A stretch of 55,384 bases of DNA from Sulfurospirillum sp. GTDB lineage: Bacteria; Campylobacterota; Campylobacteria; Campylobacterales; Sulfurospirillaceae. Each line of letters starts with the position of its first letter. Positions within the stretch are counted from its first letter, which is position 1. Shown piece after piece: positions 49,246 to 55,384 of this stretch. The position numbers were made by a program, and so were the translations under genes. Under the pieces are notes generated by a model, which had not been told where the DNA came from, did not search any database, and was given only the letters and a program-made list of their open reading frames with translations. The stretch covers positions 1-55,384 of the forward strand of contig JASFYR010000020.1 in NCBI GenBank assembly GCA_045047115.1. The letters run 5' to 3'.

Positions 49246-51471
49246 ATGAAAAAAAGATATAAATACAAGATAGAGGGCATTGTCCAAGGAGTAGGTTTTC
49301 GCCCGTTTATCTATCAAATCGCCCACGCCAATGCTTTAAAAGGGTATGTGCTAAACAACTCTTTGGGAGTTGAGTTGGAGGTGGAGGGCAGCACAGGGAG
49401 TTTGAGCAGTTTTGAGAGAGCTCTACATATAGAGCTTCCCCCACTTGCCAGAATTGACCATATAGACAAAGAGGAGTTGGATTTTTTTGGATTTAAAGAG
49501 TTTTCTATCAAAAAAAGCAATACCCAGGAGAGCAAACACACTCTTGTCTCTGCCGATATGTCCATTTGTGATGATTGTCTAGCAGAACTTATGGATAAAA
49601 ATAACTTTAGATATAACTATTTTTTCATAAATTGCACAAATTGCGGTCCTAGATACTCTATCATCAAAACGGTTCCTTATGATAGAGTAAATACATCTAT
49701 GAATAGTTTCGCCATGTGTGAAAAATGTGAAAATGAATACACAGACCCTATGAACAGAAGATACCATGCCCAGCCTATAAGCTGTTCAAAATGCGGACCT
49801 GAACTTTTTTTAAAAAATACAAAAGGCAAATTGCTTGCAAAAAATACAAAAGCTTTGTGTTTGCTCTCAAATTTGATACAAGATGGAAATATCGTAGCCA
49901 TAAAAGGGATGGGCGGATTTCATTTGGTTTGCGATGCCTCAAATGACAAAACAGTTAAAGATTTGAGACAAAGAAAAATGAGACCGACAAAACCCTTTGC
50001 TGTTATGTTTAAAAATATAGACGAGATAAAAAAGAGTTGCACTGTATCAAATGCCCAGGAAAAAGCTATCACTTCACAACAAAGACCGATAGTGCTTGTC
50101 AAAAAAGCCAAAAATGAACTTTTCATCAGTACTTTAGTCGCCCCTTATATCGATAGACTGGGAGTTTTTTTGCCCTATACACCTCTACATGTACTACTCT
50201 TGGAAAAATTGGACAATCCTATAGTAGCTACCAGTGCAAACAGATCCGCAGAGCCTATCATAACAAATGAAAAAGATCTAAGAGAGTCACTTGGGGATGT
50301 GATTGACTACTATCTTGATTATAACAGGGATATTATAAATGCAAGTGATGACAGTGTCTTGCAGATTGTCGGAGATAAACAGTTGATGATGAGAGCTTCT
50401 CGGGGTTTTACTCCTATGAGTTTTCGATATATTAGTGCCTGTACAAGAGATGTCCTGGCAGTCGGTGCCCATCAAAAAAACTCACTTGCACTGTATATAG
50501 ACAATCAAATCATACTGAGTCCATATATCGGTGATTTGGACAGCGTGAAGAGTTGTGATTTTTTCCTAAAGACTCTAGAGACTTTTAAGAGATTTTACAA
50601 TTTTGAGCCAAAAGTGATAGTTTGCGATATGCATCCAAACTATTTTACAACAAAATGGGCAAAAAAACAGAATCTGAAAATCCATCAAGTACAACATCAT
50701 TATGCACATATACTCTCTTGTATGTTTGAGCATAAACTGGATAAAAAAGTCTTGGGTGTTGCGTGGGACGGTACGGGATATGGGGATGACGGAACTATCT
50801 GGGGTGGTGAATTTTTACTCTGTGATAGAGACTCATATAAAAGAGTAGCACATTTTGAGCCTTTTTTACTTTTGGGTGGAGATGCGAGCATAAAAGATAT
50901 AAAAAGAGTGGCACTTTCGATGATTTTTGATATCGCAGAAGACGAGAGACTTGAAAAATTTGAAAAACTGACAAATCTTTTTAATAAAAATGAACTCTTG
51001 GTTTTAAAGCAGATGCATAAAAAAAGAATCAATGCCATAGAGTGCACCTCTGTTGGCAGAATTTTTGACGCAGTAGCTGTTTTTAGCGGGATTTGTAGTG
51101 AAGTGAGTTATGATGGTGAAAGCGGACTTATAATAGAGAGCCTGTATGACGAGAATATAAAAGAGAGTTACGAATTTTATCTTGAAGGCGAGCTTATAAG
51201 ATATAAGCACATTTTTTCTCAAATGCTAAAAGACAAAGAGCCAAAGCTTATAGCCACAAAGTTTATAAATGCTCTGGTTGATATATTTTTTAAGATTTCA
51301 GATAGTTATGATTTTGACATTGCACTAGGAGGCGGGGTATTTCAAAATCGAACGATTTTGGAAAAAATTCTCAAACAATCAAAGAGTAAAAAGATATATT
51401 TTCCACAAATGACACCCATAAACGACAGTGGTATCGCATTGGGACAACTATATGGATACTTGAACGATTAG
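49246..51471 (+). CDS. hypF: Carbamoyltransferase HypF
   Basis: GIVQGVGFRPF, CDDC/CTNC and CEKC/CSKC zinc fingers, QHHYAH, DGTGYG, GGVFQN. Confidence 0.96.
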   Translation: MKKRYKYKIEGIVQGVGFRPFIYQIAHANALKGYVLNNSLGVELEVEGSTGSLSSFERALHIELPPLARIDHIDKEELDFFGFKEFSIKKSNTQESKHTLVSADMSICDDCLAELMDKNNFRYNYFFINCTNCGPRYSIIKTVPYDRVNTSMNSFAMCEKCENEYTDPMNRRYHAQPISCSKCGPELFLKNTKGKLLAKNTKALCLLSNLIQDGNIVAIKGMGGFHLVCDASNDKTVKDLRQRKMRPTKPFAVMFKNIDEIKKSCTVSNAQEKAITSQQRPIVLVKKAKNELFISTLVAPYIDRLGVFLPYTPLHVLLLEKLDNPIVATSANRSAEPIITNEKDLRESLGDVIDYYLDYNRDIINASDDSVLQIVGDKQLMMRASRGFTPMSFRYISACTRDVLAVGAHQKNSLALYIDNQIILSPYIGDLDSVKSCDFFLKTLETFKRFYNFEPKVIVCDMHPNYFTTKWAKKQNLKIHQVQHHYAHILSCMFEHKLDKKVLGVAWDGTGYGDDGTIWGGEFLLCDRDSYKRVAHFEPFLLLGGDASIKDIKRVALSMIFDIAEDERLEKFEKLTNLFNKNELLVLKQMHKKRINAIECTSVGRIFDAVAVFSGICSEVSYDGESGLIIESLYDENIKESYEFYLEGELIRYKHIFSQMLKDKEPKLIATKFINALVDIFFKISDSYDFDIALGGGVFQNRTILEKILKQSKSKKIYFPQMTPINDSGIALGQLYGYLND

Positions 51472-51508
51472 AGAATTTAGTGTATACTTTTGGTTAAAAA
51501 GGCAGTAT

Positions 51509-52087
51509 ATGCAAACGAGTAAAATTTCAGAGATAGCAGATCAAATAAAAGCATTGGAGCTTCAACTCGAAAATGAACTTCAAAAAAGAAGAGAAGAGTA
51601 TTACTGCGATATAGGAAAGTTTTCAGTATTTAAAGATGATGTGATAAAAAGGCATAGAAAAGATGTTGAAAATGTCTTTAAATATCTTGCAAATGCACCA
51701 ATCCTATATGTTATCACCGCTCCGATTATCTGGTCTGTCATCTTTCCTGCTATGTTTTTGGATCTCTTTGTATCTCTCTACCAGGCTGTATGCTTCCCTG
51801 TTTACAAAATAAAAAAGGTAAAAAGAGGCGACTATATATCTATAGATAGAGGCAAACTTAAATATCTAAATATAATCGAAAAGATAAACTGCACATACTG
51901 TAGCTATTTTAATGGACTTTTAGGTTTTATAGTAGAGGTAGCATCACGCACGGAACAATTTTGGTGTCCTATAAAACATGCAAGAAAGATAAACTTTCTT
52001 CACTCAAAATACCAAAACTTTTTCGACTATGGAGATAGCAAAAATTTTAGAAAAGAGTTGAAAAACTTAAGAAAAGAGTTAGATTAA
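51509..52087 (+). CDS. Hypothetical membrane protein with a Cys/His motif
   Basis: Coiled-coil N-terminus, hydrophobic segment, NCTYCSYFNG and EQFWCPIKH. Confidence 0.7.
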   Translation: MQTSKISEIADQIKALELQLENELQKRREEYYCDIGKFSVFKDDVIKRHRKDVENVFKYLANAPILYVITAPIIWSVIFPAMFLDLFVSLYQAVCFPVYKIKKVKRGDYISIDRGKLKYLNIIEKINCTYCSYFNGLLGFIVEVASRTEQFWCPIKHARKINFLHSKYQNFFDYGDSKNFRKELKNLRKELD

Positions 52088-52121
52088 ATCGTCTTGCAGG
52101 CAATAAAAATATAAAAACCGG

Positions 52122-52143
52122 AAGCTCTACATATAGAGCTTTT
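52122..52143. terminator. Candidate bidirectional terminator
   Basis: AAGCTCTA-cata-TAGAGCTT between convergent genes, with T-rich tails on both strands. Confidence 0.45.
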
Positions 52144-52783
52144 CCAATATGTCTTTTTGCTCCTTTGATGTATAGTTAAATTTGAACTCTATCTCTTTTA
52201 AGTAGTAGAAAAAATTCTCTCTTTTTATGCCTTTATATTTAAGTATCTCTTTTTCAAAATAGAGCCAAAACTTAGTGATTATATTGTCAAGTTTTTGAAT
52301 TTTAGCTATCTTGTTTAACATCATATTTCTTGAAAACTCTTTAAAATATGTCTTATTAAGACCATCATTTAAAAACTCTCTTTTGTATTGGTGCAGATCG
52401 GTCATGGGTAGATTAAAAACTTTTTCATCAAAACAAAATGTAAGAAAATTTTGTGCATCAAATATGTTTTCATCTATCTTCTTCTTACTGTGTTCAAGAT
52501 ATATATACTCATCATACTCAACAATCTCTTTTCCTATGTAGTTGTCCTCCAGATATTGGGCTATGAGTTTTCTAAAGTCATCGAATCTCTTTTTTACTGT
52601 TGCATAGTTTAGTTTCAACTCTTGTGAGGTCTGATATATTGTCTTGTCTGCACAAAAACTCTTTATGATTTCAAGATCTCTTTGAATCTTTTTCGGACTG
52701 AATTTTCTTTTACATTTAGAGCATTTTAGTTGGTTTGATTTTAGTTTATATATAATTTTACTGTTACAATATGGACATTTCAT
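52127..52783 (-). CDS. IS1595/ISXO2-transposase-like protein (Zn ribbon + HTH), no IS ends visible
   Basis: MKCPYC...KCSKC, VEYDEY, NIITKFW...KGIKRENFFYYLKEIEFKFN. ATG 52783. Confidence 0.75.
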   Translation of the reverse strand: MKCPYCNSKIIYKLKSNQLKCSKCKRKFSPKKIQRDLEIIKSFCADKTIYQTSQELKLNYATVKKRFDDFRKLIAQYLEDNYIGKEIVEYDEYIYLEHSKKKIDENIFDAQNFLTFCFDEKVFNLPMTDLHQYKREFLNDGLNKTYFKEFSRNMMLNKIAKIQKLDNIITKFWLYFEKEILKYKGIKRENFFYYLKEIEFKFNYTSKEQKDILEKLYM

Positions 52784-52847
52784 ACTGTAATGGTACCAAA
52801 AATATATAAGAAATTGATTAATTAATATCTTTTTTATAAAAAATATG

Positions 52848-52869
52848 TAAAATACTGAATAATAATTCA
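52848..52869 (+). promoter_or_regulatory. hypB -10 box plus palindromic candidate operator
   Basis: TAAAAT 52848-52853 followed by TGAAT-AATA-ATTCA 52856-52869. Confidence 0.55.
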
Positions 52870-52886
52870 TTCATTAAGGAAAAAAT

Positions 52887-53639
52887 ATGTGTGCAGATTG
52901 CGGATGCAGTATAACAGATCACGAAACAGAGCATCACCATCATCATAGCCATAACCATGAGCATTTACAAGATAACCCCCAGCTCAATGACAAAAAGACT
53001 ATAGAGGTGATAACAAAGATTTTAGATAAAAATGACCACGAAGCAGCTCACAACAGAGCTCATTTTGAGGCACATGGGGTTTTAGGTATAAATCTTATGA
53101 GTAGCCCAGGAAGCGGAAAGACAACACTTTTAGAGTATTTAACTGATGTTGCTGAGTTTAAATTTGGAGTCATAGAGGGAGATTTAGAGACAAATAAAGA
53201 TGCGGATCGCCTCAAAAGTAAAGGTATAGAAGCTCATCAGATCCAAACCGGCTCAGCTTGTCATTTGGATGCATTTATGGTGCATAAAGCACTTCATCAT
53301 ATAGATTTGGACAAGATTGATGTGTGCTTTGTAGAGAATGTCGGCAACCTTGTCTGTCCTGCCAGCTACGATGTAGGAACACATCTAAACATAGTCTTGG
53401 TCAGCATCCCTGAGGGTGAAGACAAAATAGCAAAATACCCTGTTATGTTTAGAAAAGCCGATCTTATACTCTTCACCAAAACAGACCTTTTACGATATTT
53501 CAAATACGACATAGAGGCAGAGAAAAATAGTGCAAGAGCCCTAAAACCAAATGTCGATATCCTGGAGATAAATATAAATGACAAAGAGAGCATAAAAAGG
53601 GTGGCAAATTGGATAAAGTTTAAAAGGGAGATGAGATAA
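52887..53639 (+). CDS. hypB: Hydrogenase nickel-insertion GTPase HypB
   Basis: CADCGC, His-rich stretch, SSPGSGKTT, CHLDA, ENVGNLVCP. Confidence 0.97.
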   Translation: MCADCGCSITDHETEHHHHHSHNHEHLQDNPQLNDKKTIEVITKILDKNDHEAAHNRAHFEAHGVLGINLMSSPGSGKTTLLEYLTDVAEFKFGVIEGDLETNKDADRLKSKGIEAHQIQTGSACHLDAFMVHKALHHIDLDKIDVCFVENVGNLVCPASYDVGTHLNIVLVSIPEGEDKIAKYPVMFRKADLILFTKTDLLRYFKYDIEAEKNSARALKPNVDILEININDKESIKRVANWIKFKREMR

Positions 53640-53911
53640 TGTGTCTTTCCATACCAAGTAAAGTAGTAGCCATAGATGAGAACAATATGGCAACAGTAGA
53701 TACCATGGGAGTCAAAAGAGAAGTGACACTTGACCTTATAGGCGAAAAGGTAGATATAGGCGATTACGTACTTATACATGTAGGTTTTGCTATGAATAAA
53801 ATCAGCCAGGAAGAAGCATTAGAGAGTATAAAAGTCTATGATGAGATTGTGAAGAAGATGAAAAGCGAAGAGATAGACCCGGCAGAGGGAGATGCAAACT
53901 ATGCAACTTGA
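53639..53911 (+). CDS. hypC: Hydrogenase chaperone HypC
   Basis: MCLSIP and GDYVLIHVGFAM. Confidence 0.97.
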   Translation: MCLSIPSKVVAIDENNMATVDTMGVKREVTLDLIGEKVDIGDYVLIHVGFAMNKISQEEALESIKVYDEIVKKMKSEEIDPAEGDANYAT

Positions 53912-55010
53912 TTTGATAAATGGTTTTAGAAATCCCGAGCACATAAAAGCACTCTCGAAAGCTATAAAAAAAGAGTGCAAATCCAAGATAAATGTCATGG
54001 AGGTTTGTGGAGGTCACACTCATACTATTATGAAATTTGGTTTACCTCAAATCCTGCCTGAACTCATAGAGTTTATACATGGCCCAGGGTGTCCCGTATG
54101 CATCATGCCTAAAGAGAGGATAGACCATGCCATAGCACTAGCAAGCATGGACGATGCAATCCTGGCAACTCTAGGAGACATGATACGAGTTCCCGGGAGC
54201 AAAACATCTTTGCAAAAACTAAGAGCAGAGGGCAGAGACATAAGGTCTCTATACTCTCCTTTGGATGTTTTAAAAATAGCAAAAGAGAATCCTGATAAAA
54301 AGGTGATATTTTTTGCCATAGGGTTTGAGACTACAACTCCTATGACTGCCTCTGTTTTGCAAGAGTGTATAAAACAGGACATAAAAAATCTATATTTCCA
54401 CATCAACCATGTAACAGTTCCCGAGCCAATTGACGCAATAATGTCAGGAGGAGACTCTCGTATAAACGCATTTTTAGGACCTTCGCATGTAAGCGTTATA
54501 ACAGGATACGGTATATTTGAACCTATATCCAAAAGATACAATACTCCCATAGTCGTAGCAGGTTTTGAGCCAGTCGATGTGATGGAGGGTATCTTGATGT
54601 TAGTCAGGCAGTTTAACAATGGAATTTGTGAAGCACAGAACCAATACACCAGAGCCGTATCCAAAGAGGGAAACATAAATGCCCAAAATCTCATAGATAA
54701 GTATATGGATAGAAGAGATCACTTTAAATGGAGAGGTTTGGGAGATATAAAAAACAGTGCACTAAAACTTAGAGGTGAGTATGCAAAGTATGATGCAGAA
54801 GTCGTCTTTGATGAGATTTTATCAAAAGAACCGATAGACGACCATAAACTCTGTATCTGTGGAGATATACTCAAAGGAAATGCCAAACCGTTTGACTGTA
54901 AGGTCTTTGGCAAAGCATGCACACCAAACTCTCCTATGGGCTCTTGTATGGTTTCTAGTGAGGGTGCCTGCGCAGCATACTATAAGTATGGTCAATTTAT
55001 AAAGGAATAA
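53901..55010 (+). CDS. hypD: Hydrogenase maturation protein HypD
   Basis: MEVCGGHTH, GPGCPVC, GFETT, CMVSSEGACAA. Start at 53901 or 53892. Confidence 0.97.
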   Translation: MQLDLINGFRNPEHIKALSKAIKKECKSKINVMEVCGGHTHTIMKFGLPQILPELIEFIHGPGCPVCIMPKERIDHAIALASMDDAILATLGDMIRVPGSKTSLQKLRAEGRDIRSLYSPLDVLKIAKENPDKKVIFFAIGFETTTPMTASVLQECIKQDIKNLYFHINHVTVPEPIDAIMSGGDSRINAFLGPSHVSVITGYGIFEPISKRYNTPIVVAGFEPVDVMEGILMLVRQFNNGICEAQNQYTRAVSKEGNINAQNLIDKYMDRRDHFKWRGLGDIKNSALKLRGEYAKYDAEVVFDEILSKEPIDDHKLCICGDILKGNAKPFDCKVFGKACTPNSPMGSCMVSSEGACAAYYKYGQFIKE

Positions 55011-55013
55011 GAT

Positions 55014-55384
55014 ATGCATATACCTGATGGTTATCTCTCACCCACTACAGTAGTGGCTACCTATGCTGTTGTTGCCCCATTGTGGGTCTATGGTTTTAAA
55101 AAATTAAAAGCCTCTCTAAACGAAGAGACTCTGCCTCTCATCGGAGCATTGAGTGCTATGAGTTTTATAATTATGATGTTTAACATACCAATACCCGGAG
55201 GTACAAGTGGTCACGCAGTAGGTGCAGCACTCATCGCTATACTCTTTAACCCCTGGATTGGTTTTGTATCGGTCTCTTTGGTTCTTTTGATTCAAGCTGT
55301 TGTTTTTGGAGACGGAGGAATATCCACATTGGCGGCAAATGCACTCTCTATGGCATTTGTTGGCTCTTTTGTGGGGTATTATAG
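55014..55384 (+). CDS. cbiM: NikM/CbiM ECF-type nickel/cobalt transporter substrate subunit, partial
   Basis: Manual translation MHIPDGYLSP...NIPIPGGTSGHAVG...FGDGG; runs off the window. Confidence 0.9.
   Translation, partial: MHIPDGYLSPTTVVATYAVVAPLWVYGFKKLKASLNEETLPLIGALSAMSFIIMMFNIPIPGGTSGHAVGAALIAILFNPWIGFVSVSLVLLIQAVVFGDGGISTLAANALSMAFVGSFVGYY

Noticed and set aside
52784..52870. Extended N-terminus of the IS1595-like ORF (start 52870)
   Set aside because: Low-complexity translation across the hypB promoter; MKCPYC at 52783 is the natural start.
661..55019. Numerous 60-230 aa ORFs antisense to or nested in recognised genes (e.g. 12305..13006, 40599..41246, 54047..54694)
   Set aside because: They are shadow frames of well-supported genes, with no motifs or RBS.

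Overview
Chromosomal window from an AT-rich Campylobacterota (Epsilonproteobacteria) genome, probably a hydrogen-oxidising, Sulfurospirillum/Sulfurovum-like organism (inferred from gene content and order). Left: tRNA-Gln and tRNA-fMet, then housekeeping genes (ribB fusion, ybgC, UDG, Pif1-like helicase, lolA, secA, lolE) and the cprS-cprR-htrA / cbpA-hspR stress locus. Middle: a PAS-GGDEF-EAL gene whose upstream region carries two IS elements (an internally deleted IS256 and a complete IS200/IS605 element whose tnpB has an in-frame TGA), a metY-rrf2-cysK operon, and ispB-hemA-proS-fxsA-dsb-hemC-ubiD. Right: a ~22 kb hydrogenase cluster with TetR + cytoplasmic group 2d [NiFe]-hydrogenase, hydABCDE, a DAB/DAC inorganic-carbon pump operon (dabB, extra membrane subunit, dabA, P-II-like gene) running through a radical SAM gene into hypF, an IS1595-derived gene divergent from hypBCD, and the start of nikM/cbiM. 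Best leads: the DAB pump embedded in the hydrogenase maturation genes; a candidate TetR/group-2d H2-sensing circuit with a repeated operator at hydA and hypB; a possibly domesticated transposase; an RBS-sequestering hairpin before cprR; a TnpB guide whose seed matches the element's own tnpA promoter; a CymR-like Rrf2 tail; and a structured metY leader. No CRISPR array or rRNA seen. All family assignments come from motif recognition, not database searches.
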